64,000 bases of DNA from an uncultured delta proteobacterium (GCA_963817385.1 CAWFOM010000027.1:1-64000), one strand, 5' to 3'. Positions 1 to 10,506 are shown, counted from the first letter of the stretch. Translations and numbers: made by a program. The notes: generated by a model from the sequence alone, not told the origin.

Positions 1-460
1 TGAATCCGTCGATAGAGGCAATATTGATGATTTTCCCGCCTCCCTGGAGCTTCATGATGTTGGCCACGGCCTGGCTGACGAAATAGACCCCCTTCAGGTT
101 CACGTTCATGATCGTGTCCCAGAGGCGCTCGTCCGATTCAAGGACGGAGCCCATCGCGGGACTGGCGCCGGCGTTGTTGACCAGGATATCGATCCGGCTG
201 AATTTCTCCATCACCGTATTGACCATCCGGTTGATTTCGTCCATCTTCCCCAGATGAGCCGGAAGGGGAAACGCCTTGCCGCCGAATGCCTGGATCGCTG
301 CGGCAGTCGCCTCGAGATCCTGGGTCTTGCGGCTGGTGATGATCACCTGCGCCCCGGCCTTGGCAAAAGCATACGCTATCGCCTGGCCGATCCCGCGGCC
401 GCCGCCGGTAACGACGGCTACTTTTCCGGTTAGCGAAAATTGGGATAAATCAAACATCAT
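1..460 (-). CDS. SDR family oxidoreductase (partial; runs off window start)
   Basis: Manual translation MMFDLSQFSLTGKVAVVTGGGRGIG...ILVNNAG...GKIINIAS shows TGxxxGIG and NNAG motifs; GGAGGA RBS upstream. Confidence 0.9.
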   Translation of the reverse strand, partial: MMFDLSQFSLTGKVAVVTGGGRGIGQAIAYAFAKAGAQVIITSRKTQDLEATAAAIQAFGGKAFPLPAHLGKMDEINRMVNTVMEKFSRIDILVNNAGASPAMGSVLESDERLWDTIMNVNLKGVYFVSQAVANIMKLQGGGKIINIASIDGF

Positions 461-535
461 TCAATCCTCCTTGCGTCCGACAGACAGGAGCCGATGAATT
501 CTCCGCCCGGTGCATGATCCACGGCCCGGCTCCCC

Positions 536-2023
536 CTATTTGTTGCAGGCTTCGCGGTCGCCGCCGCTCATGCCGGCGATGTGCTTAACCAGCTTCTTCC
601 GTGACTCGATATCGTATTGCGTCGTGATGGCGATCTGCTCCATGATCGGGGAGCCGCCGCCGTGATAGTTGCCGATGTTATGGATGCCGCCCGTGGCGGA
701 ACAGAGGGCGTCTCCCAGGAATCTCCAGAAATTGGCCTGATCCTCCGCCGACATGTTGGGATTGCGCTTGGTGTACTTGAGGAGCAGTTCCCCCGTCTCC
801 GGATTCAGGAAATCCTTCTCGTGCGGGAACGTGGCGACAACGCCGCCGGCGATGTCGCAGAGAATTTCCGCTTCGCGCCAGACCGCTTCCCCCGAGAGAC
901 AGCGGCCGACATTGCAGTAAATCGAATTGGGGATATAGGAGCCGGGGCCGTACGGGACAAAACCGATCCCGGGGATGAAGACCTCCGGTTTGCCGAGGTC
1001 GGATGCCGTGTAGCCGGCGGCATACCCCAGCTCGATGGTCATGATCAGCTCCGCCAGCTTCTCCCGCACATGGGGCTGTTTGTGGATGTTGTTCACCTCA
1101 GCGGCAAGGGCGGCCATTCCCAGGATGACATCGCCGATGGCCGGCTTGCAGCCCGAATAGGAATGGCGATGGAACAGGGCGAACAGGAGCGCGCACGCGC
1201 CGCCGTGCTGATATTCTCCGGCCAAAAAGACCCGTTCCCAGGGCACGAAGCAGTTGTCGAAAATCATATAGGAATCCGTTGCCCCCGGTACGAATCCCCG
1301 CTTGTAATGTTCCCGCGGCCGCAGGTTATGGATTGTCACAACCTGCTTCAGCCCATCCCAGTCTCCCGGAACGGCGAAGGCCACGGCATAGTTCTTGTCC
1401 TCGGAACGCAAGGCCCGGGTAGGTACAACCAGGACCTCGTCGGCCACGGAGGCCTCGGAGATATGGACCTTGCATCCATCGACGACGATTCCGTCCTTCA
1501 GCCGCTCCTTGATCCGCACGTATGCGCCGGGATTCGGCTGGTCGGCCGGGCGGAGCATCCGATCGCCCTTCACGTCCGTCTGGGCGCAGCAACCGATGAG
1601 GTCTTCCGTCTGGAAACGCGTTAGCCACTTCTTGAAGTTTTCATGATATTCGGTGGCCCCCTTGTTCACCTTGTCCGCCTCGTAGGAGACGTTGTAGATG
1701 GCGTTCGTGCCGTCGATCCCCATGCAGCGCTGGATGCAGCCGCCGACCTTCCGGCAAAGCATCCGCGTCATGTCCTGCTTCTTATGGAGGTCGTCCTTGT
1801 TCTGATGGACATGGGTAAAGCGGTTGATGCGCTCGCCCGTCAAATGCGAAATCGCCGTGCACAGCTCCTGGTTCTCCGGCTTGACCGCCTCATCATACGT
1901 TGTACCGATGGTGTTGAGGCAATCCATTTGGAGTTCGTCCGTCCTGTCGAGCAACTGGCCGTCGTGGTAAAGATTTCGTTTCATCTTGGACAGGCCTTTG
2001 ATGTAATCCGCTTTGGTTCTCAT
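536..2023 (-). CDS. abfD: 4-hydroxybutyryl-CoA dehydratase/vinylacetyl-CoA isomerase-like protein (AbfD/HpaB family)
   Basis: 495 aa; CIQRC (CxxxC) and HRHSYSGCK match the AbfD [4Fe-4S] ligands; TDVKGDR FAD motif; C-terminal HGGGSP. Confidence 0.75.
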   Translation of the reverse strand: MRTKADYIKGLSKMKRNLYHDGQLLDRTDELQMDCLNTIGTTYDEAVKPENQELCTAISHLTGERINRFTHVHQNKDDLHKKQDMTRMLCRKVGGCIQRCMGIDGTNAIYNVSYEADKVNKGATEYHENFKKWLTRFQTEDLIGCCAQTDVKGDRMLRPADQPNPGAYVRIKERLKDGIVVDGCKVHISEASVADEVLVVPTRALRSEDKNYAVAFAVPGDWDGLKQVVTIHNLRPREHYKRGFVPGATDSYMIFDNCFVPWERVFLAGEYQHGGACALLFALFHRHSYSGCKPAIGDVILGMAALAAEVNNIHKQPHVREKLAELIMTIELGYAAGYTASDLGKPEVFIPGIGFVPYGPGSYIPNSIYCNVGRCLSGEAVWREAEILCDIAGGVVATFPHEKDFLNPETGELLLKYTKRNPNMSAEDQANFWRFLGDALCSATGGIHNIGNYHGGGSPIMEQIAITTQYDIESRKKLVKHIAGMSGGDREACNK

Positions 2024-2107
2024 ATTGTTCCCCCTTTCTGGTCACTGGTGATGGCTCCGGATAGGTTTTACCGGCCGGGGAGATTTCCCGGCTATTCCCT
2101 CCCGGTC

Positions 2108-2797
2108 TTATTCCAATCGCTCCTTGGCTTGAAGAAGCTCACCGAGGGCCCGGGCGTCTTCCCGCTTCAGGTACAGAGTCAGGCCCTGCTCTCCCTTGTT
2201 GGCCCGGATTCCATCCAAAACGATCTCGATGAAGGGGTCGAGCATGTCCATGATGCTCGTCTCCTTTTTAGGCATCCCTTGCATGTGCCAATGGATGAAT
2301 AAGTGCTCAATCGTGCCCAGAAGCATGGAGCGGATGAGATAGGGATTGGAATCCCTTTTGAATGTCCCGTCGGCAATCCCTTCCTTGATGCAATCCAGTA
2401 GCCTGTGAGCCGGCCGGCGGATGGCCGCGTGAGCGGGGGTCTGGCGGAAACGCTTGTTGTTCATGAGTTGGAGGAGGACCAGGGCGGAATAATGGGGATT
2501 CGATTGGTATAGCCGGACGTAGGCCAAAAGTAGGGCCCGTATCCGTCCCTCCGCGCCCCTGATGTAGGAGAGGGCCTGTTCCGTTTCCTCGATGCTCTCT
2601 TTGGAGATCTTTTCGGGAATGGCAAAGAGCAGATCTTCCTTGGTGCCGAAATGCTCGTAGATGGTAGCCTCCGAACAGCCGGCGTCCTTGCTGATTTCGG
2701 AGATCGTGGCATTCTGGAACCCTTTTTCGGCGAAGATACGCAGGGCGACGTCCATAATCCGGTCTTTTCTGTTGTTAGCCCGGCCATGATCTGTCAT
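2108..2797 (-). CDS. TetR/AcrR family transcriptional regulator
   Basis: HTH segment FAEKGFQNATISEISKDAGCSEATIYEHFGTKEDL; start chosen at MTDHG after an AAGGGA RBS. Confidence 0.9.
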   Translation of the reverse strand: MTDHGRANNRKDRIMDVALRIFAEKGFQNATISEISKDAGCSEATIYEHFGTKEDLLFAIPEKISKESIEETEQALSYIRGAEGRIRALLLAYVRLYQSNPHYSALVLLQLMNNKRFRQTPAHAAIRRPAHRLLDCIKEGIADGTFKRDSNPYLIRSMLLGTIEHLFIHWHMQGMPKKETSIMDMLDPFIEIVLDGIRANKGEQGLTLYLKREDARALGELLQAKERLE

Positions 2798-3048
2798 GAC
2801 TATTCCCTTTGACAAGTTTGATTATTGGCTACATCATCGTAGTCTAAGCGTCAAGTATTATTTTATTTCATAGGCTGACTATAAAATACCACAATCCGAC
2901 AGTGAGCTAAAACACCCCGGCCTGCCATGGGCATGAGATGAAAACTGAATGGTCTCTCCCTTATAAGGATCGAAGATTTTCCGCAGCTTGCTGCCGGAGA
3001 GGTTTAACGAAGGATGGGGGGGTCGGATCGGGTTGATCGGGGACGATC

Positions 3049-3735
3049 TCAGAAAAGGGACGCCTGCCAACCACATTGCCGGTCGGCATTGTCCTGCATC
3101 TGCCGCAACTTTGCTTCGACCTCCCCGCGGAACGCCTCGAACGCGGCATTATCCAGGGAGGCGGGAGCGGGAATCGGCGTCCCCCAGTGGACGAAGATCG
3201 TGCTGAAGGGCTTCGGGATCAGGAACCGGTCCCAACTATTGAGGATCCAGGCCCGGCTTACGGAAACAGCAACCGGCACGATCGGGATGCCGGAGAGCTG
3301 GGCCATGACGATCAGCCCGGCCTTAATGACACCCCGCGGCCCTCTCGGCCCGTCCACAGCGTGGACGGCACAGGAGTGTTCCGAGAGGTCCGCGACGATT
3401 GTTGCCAGGGCCTCTCGGCCGCCTCGTGAACTCGATCCGCGTACCGGACGGAAATTGAGCAGACGGCAGACATCAGCGATCATATCCCCGTCGCGGCTTT
3501 GGCTGATCATCACCGCCGGGGCGAATTTGCCGAAACGCCGCGCGTAGGTGACGACGAGGAAAATCCGCTGATGCCAGATGGCCCCGATCGCCTTCCCGCC
3601 CTGATGCAGGTGCTGCATGAGGGAATCTTCACCGATGGCGCGGATGCGGATTAGGCAGAAATAGAGGCGGATGACCGCATAGACAACCGGTATCAGGCCG
3701 TATTTAATGGCGAATTTGGAAAGACCTTTAACCAT
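3049..3735 (-). CDS. Lysophospholipid acyltransferase family protein (DUF374)
   Basis: Motifs AIWHQR, ISQSRDGD, RGSSSRGG and DGPRGP; start is uncertain (ORF extends to 3804). Confidence 0.8.
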   Translation of the reverse strand: MVKGLSKFAIKYGLIPVVYAVIRLYFCLIRIRAIGEDSLMQHLHQGGKAIGAIWHQRIFLVVTYARRFGKFAPAVMISQSRDGDMIADVCRLLNFRPVRGSSSRGGREALATIVADLSEHSCAVHAVDGPRGPRGVIKAGLIVMAQLSGIPIVPVAVSVSRAWILNSWDRFLIPKPFSTIFVHWGTPIPAPASLDNAAFEAFRGEVEAKLRQMQDNADRQCGWQASLF

Positions 3736-3849
3736 GGGAAGGCTCGAGTGTCGGTAATGCCCCTCTGACAACTGAGGCGTACCTTTGAAGTACGCCTCAG
3801 TCAATCGGAGGATCCGAGGTCATCGCCGATAAGTCACGAAGCTCGGGGC

Positions 3850-5298
3850 TTATTTTCCCTTGACCTCTGCGGGGGGTTGGGGTTTCACGCTATCCGGCAT
3901 GGGTTCTATGCCGTACTTCCACTTCAGGTACTGCTCGCCGGTAGATGGATAGAGGGCGTAGACCAGCAGATCCTCGTCGGTTTTGGCGAGATCGCCGATC
4001 TTCTTCTTGTCTTCGGCGAGTTCCGGTTCGAGGTAATCGGCTGGCCTCCCCGTGATTGGGGTCTGGCCGCGTTTGTTGTGCTTCAGGACCATCTTCTGCA
4101 CCTCGGGATCGACTGGGGCCGGGGTCTGGCCATAAAGACCGTACATCAGGTCCTTGAACTGATTGGTGACCATCTTGTACCGGCCCTGGACCACGTTCAT
4201 GACCGACTGCACGCCGACGATCTGCGATGTCGGGGTGACCAGGGGCGGTGTCCCCGCTTCCTTCCTTGTCCGCGGGATCTCCGCATGCACTTCGTCCAGA
4301 CGATCCAAAGCGTTCATCTCCTTGAGCTGGCTGATCAGGTTGGAGATCATCCCGCCGGGGACCTGATGGGCCAGGACGCCCGCGTCAATCAGGGAGAGCT
4401 TGTTTGTGGCGAGATGCTTCTGGTATTTGGAGGCGATCTTCTCGAGATGCTCGCCCATCTTTATCAGCTTGCGTACGTCGAGGCCTGTATCGCGTTTCGT
4501 TCCCTGCAAGGTGACCACGAGCGGCTCGATGGCGGGCATCGCGGTCCGGAGGGCATAGGGGGCAAGACAGGTATCGACGATGTCGATGCCCGCCTCGATG
4601 GCCTTGAGGTAGGCCATGGAAGCCATGCCGCTGGTGTAATGGGTGTGGAGATGCAGCGGAAGCTTGGTGACCTTTTTCAGGGCTATGACAAGATCATAGA
4701 TGTCATAGGGAGAGATGATCCCGGCCATATCCTTGATGCAGATGCTGTCGGCGCCCATCACCTCGAGCTCTTTACACTTCTTCACGAAATAGGCGAGGTT
4801 GAAAACGTCGCCGCCGAGGCGCGGCTGCGTCAGAGAGTAGCAGATGGCGCCCTGGAAATGCTTCCCGTTGGCCTTGATCCGCTCAACACAGGTCTGGAAA
4901 TTGCGGAGATCGTTAAGAGCGTCGAATACCCGGAAGATGTCGATGCCTACTTCACACGATTTATCGACGAATGCTCGGACAACATCATCGGCGTAATTGC
5001 GATAGCCGACCAGATTCTGGCCGCGCAGGAGCATGCTGAACGGGGTTTTCTTGATATATTTCTTCAGGATTTTCGGTCTTTCCCACGGGTCCTCGCCGAG
5101 GAAGCGGTGCATCGAGTCAAACGTGGCCCCGCCCCATACCTCCATCGCCCAGAAGCCCACCTCGTCCATCTCGGCGGCGATGGGAAGCATGTCCTCCGTG
5201 CGCATACGAGTCGCGTAGATGGACTGATGGCCATCACGTAACGTGTTGTCCTGGATTTTAACGGGATTGATGGGTCCCTCCTTCATTATGTCTGCCAT
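3850..5298 (-). CDS. Pyruvate/oxaloacetate carboxyltransferase subunit (PycB/OadA/transcarboxylase-5S-like, no biotinyl domain)
   Basis: Motifs DNTLRDGHQS, EVWGGATFD, IKDMAG, HLHTH, QVPGGM and LVTPTSQIVG; no C-terminal EAMKM biotin site. Confidence 0.9.
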   Translation of the reverse strand: MADIMKEGPINPVKIQDNTLRDGHQSIYATRMRTEDMLPIAAEMDEVGFWAMEVWGGATFDSMHRFLGEDPWERPKILKKYIKKTPFSMLLRGQNLVGYRNYADDVVRAFVDKSCEVGIDIFRVFDALNDLRNFQTCVERIKANGKHFQGAICYSLTQPRLGGDVFNLAYFVKKCKELEVMGADSICIKDMAGIISPYDIYDLVIALKKVTKLPLHLHTHYTSGMASMAYLKAIEAGIDIVDTCLAPYALRTAMPAIEPLVVTLQGTKRDTGLDVRKLIKMGEHLEKIASKYQKHLATNKLSLIDAGVLAHQVPGGMISNLISQLKEMNALDRLDEVHAEIPRTRKEAGTPPLVTPTSQIVGVQSVMNVVQGRYKMVTNQFKDLMYGLYGQTPAPVDPEVQKMVLKHNKRGQTPITGRPADYLEPELAEDKKKIGDLAKTDEDLLVYALYPSTGEQYLKWKYGIEPMPDSVKPQPPAEVKGK

Positions 5299-5428
5299 CT
5301 TTAATCTCTCCTTCCTGACGAATCGTATCGATTCTGTTTTTCGGTTTACTTACGAAGATTGAACGCTTTGATATGCCCCTATAGCGTATTCAAAACGAAC
5401 GTGTCAAGTTCAATATAGGCCGTGCAAC

Positions 5429-5444
5429 AGCAATAAGAGTGCCA
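5429..5444 (-). promoter_or_regulatory. sigma-54 (-24/-12) promoter of the carboxyltransferase gene
   Basis: Minus strand reads TGGCACTCTTATTGCT, matching TGGCAC-N5-TTGC, about 130 bp upstream of the start. Confidence 0.75.
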
Positions 5445-5720
5445 ATATGGGCAAAATCAGATGCCGGCGACCTGCGGATTCTGAAAAAGAAAATGGCAAG
5501 AATAAACAGGAGTTGCAAGATTGTACTGTTTGAAAAGAGCGGTCGGCATGCAAGGGAATAAAGGCGTGGCACTGTTCAAAAAGTGGCCGATCGGTAAAAA
5601 GGTGCGTGTACCGCACAACAAAAGGTGAACGATATAAGGAAAGTCTTCAGGGGGTTGAATTATTAATATATGTGCATAAATCACACACCGTGCATAACAG
5701 GCACGAAATTTCCCCGTCCG

Positions 5721-6836
5721 TTATTGCTGAGGGGAGGGATCGGGACCCGGGCGAGAGGAGCTCGCTTTGACGACGTAGATGGGGTTGGAAAAGATCCAGG
5801 GGCGGCGGCGGCCGAAAACCGTCAGATCGGCCTCGATTCGGTAGACGCCGGGTTCGCAGACCGGGACGGAGATATCGTTACCCTTTTCCTGATGGAAAAC
5901 AGTGCCGTTTCTCATAATGCGTATCAATGCATTATAGGGAACGGAAACTCTGAGATTCGCTGAGCGATTGAGAATAAACTGATCGCCCATGGTGGCTCCT
6001 CTTCCTTCCTCCGTCAGGAGCAGGGAGAATCCGGACGCCGAGCGGTAATGGTCGAGGGCGACATAGGCCCGGCCGTTTCTCAAGGCGTCGAGAATGGTGG
6101 CGATGTCTGCACGGCTGTTTCCGGACAGGGAACCGGTGGTGAGGATGTGCGTCCGGATCATGCGGAAGACCCTCTTGAAGGGAAAGACGGCAAGATTCAT
6201 CCACCCGATTTGTACCAGGCTGTCGTGGTTGTCCAACTCGCCGATTCCGACGACGCGGCGCCCCTGAGTCAGATGATCCCAGCGCGCGAGGGTTATCGGG
6301 GAAGGGCCGCGCAGGAGCAAGGCGGGAAAGAGATAACTCCAGATGGCCCGGATATAGCCGGCCAGGCCGTTCTGCCAGTCGGTCATGAAATCCCAGATAC
6401 CCATGCCCGTATAGCCGGTAACGGACCAATCGGTCCAGGGGTAATGTTTCACGTGAAACAGAGTGGTTCCTTCATGGTCCGGGTGGGCGATAAAGCCGAT
6501 CCCCTCGTTCGCTTGCACGCGGTCGAGGTAGACTTGGGGGCCGGCCTCCGGGGGGTCCGCCGCGGTCATGATCGACTCTCCGAGACCGAAGACCAACAGG
6601 TGGTTGAAACGGGGCGCGACCTCCTCGCCGACGATGACGAGCGTGCCGTCATGCCACCCCTCCCATCCTTCATCTCGCGCTCGGAGTGTTCCATGATCCG
6701 TGAGGAGCAGGAAGTCGAGATCGCATTTATTGGCAGCAGCGATGATCTCCGGAACCGGCGCGCGTCCATCGAAAGAATAGGCGGAGTGGAGGTGGATTAC
6801 ACCGACATGATCGGTCAAGTTAAGAGCTGAAGTCAT
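5721..6836 (-). CDS. PHP-domain / CehA-McbA family metallohydrolase
   Basis: Motifs HLHSAYSFDG, LTDH, IAHP and DNH; C-terminal WIFSNPIY. Start at MTSAL overlaps the upstream gene. Confidence 0.8.
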   Translation of the reverse strand: MTSALNLTDHVGVIHLHSAYSFDGRAPVPEIIAAANKCDLDFLLLTDHGTLRARDEGWEGWHDGTLVIVGEEVAPRFNHLLVFGLGESIMTAADPPEAGPQVYLDRVQANEGIGFIAHPDHEGTTLFHVKHYPWTDWSVTGYTGMGIWDFMTDWQNGLAGYIRAIWSYLFPALLLRGPSPITLARWDHLTQGRRVVGIGELDNHDSLVQIGWMNLAVFPFKRVFRMIRTHILTTGSLSGNSRADIATILDALRNGRAYVALDHYRSASGFSLLLTEEGRGATMGDQFILNRSANLRVSVPYNALIRIMRNGTVFHQEKGNDISVPVCEPGVYRIEADLTVFGRRRPWIFSNPIYVVKASSSRPGPDPSPQQ

Positions 6837-7512
6837 TCGCGTCTCGGGGATTCTTCGTTTCCGAATGCAGTATTCGCAGCGGGCAGGGATCGCATTTCGG
6901 TTTTGACCGGCAAAAGGTTTTCCCCGTGTATACAAAAAGGGCGTGAAACTGGTTGAAGAGAGAAACATCGTGCGGGAGATGGGTCATGAACAGGTCACGT
7001 ATCTGCTGCCCGTCTGCATTGTCCGGGATCAGACGGTGCCGCTGAAGGATCCGCTGGGTATAGGCGTCGCTGATGAAAACGGGCTTCCTGCAGGCATACA
7101 GGAGAATGCTGTCAGCCGTTTCGGGTCCGACTCCCCGAATGCCGAGGAGCTTTTCCCGGAGGGAAGGCAACTCCTCGGCAGACATGGTCTCGATGTTTCC
7201 GGAGTACTCCTCCAGGAAAAACCGGACGAGGGACTTGAGCCGCTTTGCCTTGACGTGATAATACCCCGAGGGACGGATAATCCCGGCCAGGGTTTCTTCA
7301 TCGATATGGTCGATGGCTCCGGGAGACAGAAGTCGTTTTTCTTTTAAAGCCCTTATGGCCTTTTCAACATTGGTCCACGCGGTGTGTTGGGTCAAGATCG
7401 CCCCAACCATGACCTCGAAAGGTCCCTCGGCGGGCCACCAGTGAAGATTGCCGAAGTACCCGTTCAGGAGATCGTAGATTCTCAGCAGATCGCTCCGACA
7501 GCCTTTTCGCAC
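6820..7512 (-). CDS. Endonuclease III-related HhH-GPD DNA glycosylase
   Basis: GAILTQHTAW, HhH segment GIRGVGPETADSILLY, and a C-terminal Cx5Cx2CP cluster-like motif. Confidence 0.85.
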   Translation of the reverse strand: MRKGCRSDLLRIYDLLNGYFGNLHWWPAEGPFEVMVGAILTQHTAWTNVEKAIRALKEKRLLSPGAIDHIDEETLAGIIRPSGYYHVKAKRLKSLVRFFLEEYSGNIETMSAEELPSLREKLLGIRGVGPETADSILLYACRKPVFISDAYTQRILQRHRLIPDNADGQQIRDLFMTHLPHDVSLFNQFHALFVYTGKTFCRSKPKCDPCPLRILHSETKNPRDANDFSS

Positions 7513-7533
7513 ATTCTTGCTCCGCCGGGGTAT

Positions 7534-9018
7534 TTATTTTGTCAGCGGCACGAAGAATGTCGACTTCCCGCGCTTGATCAGCAGAAGTATTCCGCCCTTT
7601 CCCCCTGCCTTGCCGATCTCGTGGAGATACTCCTTCATGGTGGTGATCTTCATCTTGTTCACCTGGAGGATGATGTCCTGCGGCTGGATGCCAACCTCAT
7701 CAGCGACACTTCCCTCCTGTACCTCGACGACGATTACCCCTTTCTTAATCGACAGCCCCAGATGCTTAGCGATATCCGGTGTAATCTCCTGGACTACCAT
7801 GCCGAAGGCCTGACCTGATTCCCCGGCCGCGGCCATTTCCGCCTGCTCCTTCCGTTCGGCTACAGCGATACTGATATCTTTCTCCTGGCCGTCTCGGAGA
7901 ATCTTGATCTTGACCGTCTCCCCAACGCGGAACCCGGCGATCATCATGAGCAGTTCATGTGTATCCTTGATCTTTTTCCCGTTAATCTCGGTAACGACAT
8001 CCCCCGATTTCAAGCCCGCCTTGTCAGCCGGGTCACCTTTGAATACGTCGGCCACCAGCGCCCCGCTACGGTCCTTGAGCTTCATGTTTTTGGCGATATC
8101 CTCGGAGATGTCTTGGACGGAGATCCCCAACCAGCCGCGGGTTACCTTCCCTTTCGCCTTCAGATCCGGCAGTATCATTTTCGCCATGCTGATTGGGATT
8201 GCAAACCCAATTCCCTGGCCTTGGGCAACTATGGCGGTGTTGATGCCAATGACCTTTCCCTCCATGTTGAAAAGGGGGCCGCCGCTATTGCCGGGATTGA
8301 TTGAGGCGTCTGTCTGGATGAAGTTATCATAAGGACCGGCCCCGATAACGCGTCCCTTTGCGCTGACGATGCCGGCGGTGACGGTCTGTTCCAAGCCGAA
8401 CGGGTTCCCGATGGCCATAACCCAGTCGCCGACCCGAAGTTTATCGGAATCCCCCGTCTCCGCGACGGGCAGACTCTCCGCCGGTTTGACTTTGATCAAG
8501 GCGATATCCGTCTTAGCGTCCTTGCCGATGACCTTTGCCTCATATTCCTTACCGTCGGAGAGTTTTACCAGGATTTTGTCTGCCTGTTCAACGACATGGT
8601 TGTTGGTGAAGATATAACCGTCAGAACTGATGATGAATCCGGAGCCCAGACTCTTCTGTTTGAACTCCCGCTGAGGTATGTCGCCGAAGAATCGCTCGAA
8701 AAAATCATCACCGCCGAAATAACGATCAAAAGGCATACCCTGACCGAAAGGGGAGCGGAATCCTCCGCCGCGGACCGTTTTTGTCGTGCTGATGTTGACT
8801 ACGCACGGTTTGAGTTTTTCGGCCAGATCAGCAAACGAGAGAGGCGTGCGTGATATTTCGCCGGTCGAGACCGCCGCGGCCACTTGAACGTCGGGCCCCG
8901 GGCCTGAGGGTGCAAGAGAAGAACGCAGTACCTCGACTACAGACACCACAAAAAAACCAATCATAAATGCCAAAAGAAACATGATAAAGGTTTTTCTGCC
9001 GCTTTTTGCTGAATTCAT
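7534..9018 (-). CDS. degQ: DegQ/DegP (HtrA) periplasmic serine protease
   Basis: TNNHVV, DIAL and INPGNSGGPL catalytic-triad motifs; two PDZ domains; N-terminal TM/signal. Confidence 0.92.
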   Translation of the reverse strand: MNSAKSGRKTFIMFLLAFMIGFFVVSVVEVLRSSLAPSGPGPDVQVAAAVSTGEISRTPLSFADLAEKLKPCVVNISTTKTVRGGGFRSPFGQGMPFDRYFGGDDFFERFFGDIPQREFKQKSLGSGFIISSDGYIFTNNHVVEQADKILVKLSDGKEYEAKVIGKDAKTDIALIKVKPAESLPVAETGDSDKLRVGDWVMAIGNPFGLEQTVTAGIVSAKGRVIGAGPYDNFIQTDASINPGNSGGPLFNMEGKVIGINTAIVAQGQGIGFAIPISMAKMILPDLKAKGKVTRGWLGISVQDISEDIAKNMKLKDRSGALVADVFKGDPADKAGLKSGDVVTEINGKKIKDTHELLMMIAGFRVGETVKIKILRDGQEKDISIAVAERKEQAEMAAAGESGQAFGMVVQEITPDIAKHLGLSIKKGVIVVEVQEGSVADEVGIQPQDIILQVNKMKITTMKEYLHEIGKAGGKGGILLLIKRGKSTFFVPLTK

Positions 9019-9124
9019 ATTGTCCTCCAACGTTTAACCAATCTGCTCATCATGCGCCCCCACTCCTTATCGCGGGATACGTAGAAGATACTCCCGGTAA
9101 ATAAGTTTTGAAATTATCGGCAGT

Positions 9125-9152
9125 AATATAAACGCCAAATCTATTTTGTCAA
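9125..9152 (-). promoter_or_regulatory. Putative sigma-70 promoter for degQ
   Basis: Minus strand reads TTGACA-16 nt-TATATT. Confidence 0.45.
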
Positions 9153-9240
9153 TGATTATCCTTGTTCCTGTTCAGAATCCCGTTTGCGCTTCTGCCCCCT
9201 TCTGTGCTAATATTTTCTGTACCTTTTCAAAGGACGGGTA

Positions 9241-10038
9241 ATGGTGTACGCCATGATTGCCGCCATCGGAAGCATCGGACGGAGTGCGCTCAATACTTCC
9301 GCCTCCCTTCGCCAGACACTGACATTTACCGTGCAGATCATTCTGCGCCTGTTTACCCTCAAGACTTACAATAGCGCCTCCCGGACGGTCTTCATCAGCC
9401 AGTTCTATTTCACGGCGGTGCAGATCCTGCCGTTGTTTCTGCTTGTGGCCGTCATCTTCGGATCGATGGTCAACGGGATGGCCTTTCAGGCGATCAAGGA
9501 CTTGGGGCTGAGCGACTATCTGGGACGCCTGCTGATGGGGTTCGTCGTTACGGAGATGTCGCCGTTTGTGACGGTTCTGCTGATCGCGCTCCGCTCCAGC
9601 TCCGCCATCAACGCCGAGATTGCCGTCATGAAGGTCAACCATGAGCTCTACACGCTCGAATCCTTCAATATCGACCTCATCGACTATCTCTTCGCTCCCC
9701 GGATCCTCAACGGAATGCTCTCGATGGTCCTTCTGAGCAGCCTTTTTTCCCTGGTGGTCCTCTCCATCGGCCTGCTTGTTTCCAGCGTGATCTTCGGCAC
9801 GGGTGTCGATGCCTATATCGATATCCTGCTGCGGTCCGCCTCCGTGCCGGACATGATTATCGTCCTGTTGAAGTGTGCGACATTCGGCTTTTTCATCACC
9901 CTGATCCCGATCAGTCAGGGCCTGACCGCATCGCAGGATCTGACAAGTGTTCCCATCGCGGTGCTCAACGGGATGGTCAAGGTCTTTCTGGCCATCGTGG
10001 TTATCGAGGTGCTGTCATCGATCGTAAGGTTCATTTAG
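9241..10038 (+). CDS. mlaE: MlaE family ABC transporter permease
   Basis: Hydrophobic 265-aa protein with EMSPFVTVLLIALRSSSAINAEIAVMKVNHE, an MlaE-type motif; adjacent to an MCE gene. Confidence 0.85.
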   Translation: MVYAMIAAIGSIGRSALNTSASLRQTLTFTVQIILRLFTLKTYNSASRTVFISQFYFTAVQILPLFLLVAVIFGSMVNGMAFQAIKDLGLSDYLGRLLMGFVVTEMSPFVTVLLIALRSSSAINAEIAVMKVNHELYTLESFNIDLIDYLFAPRILNGMLSMVLLSSLFSLVVLSIGLLVSSVIFGTGVDAYIDILLRSASVPDMIIVLLKCATFGFFITLIPISQGLTASQDLTSVPIAVLNGMVKVFLAIVVIEVLSSIVRFI

Positions 10039-10506
10039 AGTTCTTCGATAGGGAAGGGGAACTGCAGCGGGCGCTGAAGGAGTTCATCGCGGCGCACAAG
10101 CCGCGGGTAGGCCTCGTCTCTCCGGATGCCCCCCTGATCTCGAATCTATTGGTGTGGAGCAATATTGCCCTGATCCGGCAATACCATCAGAACATGCCCG
10201 TGCACGAAGCCGAAGCGCTGGCCGAGAATCTCCTGCGTCGATTTGCCATGGAGTCGATCACGGAGCGGAGAAATGCCTCCCTGACGATGGAGGAGCGCTT
10301 CTGTGCGATGCTCCTGCGGGCGGCGATGGTCGAGGATGCCATCCTCGTCCTGGACCGGCCCTTCAGCATCCTGGCGGACCACCGGAGCGGGCGTTTCCTT
10401 GACGGATGCGCTGCGGAAGGTAGACGATATGATTGCAGAAACCCATATATTCGACTATAGTTGGGATAAAGAACGCTACGAGGTCCCGGATGTCGCAGAA
10501 GCTTGA
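10014..10506 (+). CDS. Degenerate MlaF-like ABC ATPase fragment (no Walker A; one-base insertion near 10399)
   Basis: VGLVSPDAPLISNLLVWSNIAL...LTMEERFCAMLLRAAM...ILVLDRPF resembles the Q-loop to Walker B region of an ABC domain; continues after a frame change as TDALRKVDD...DVAEA*. No clear start codon. Confidence 0.55.
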
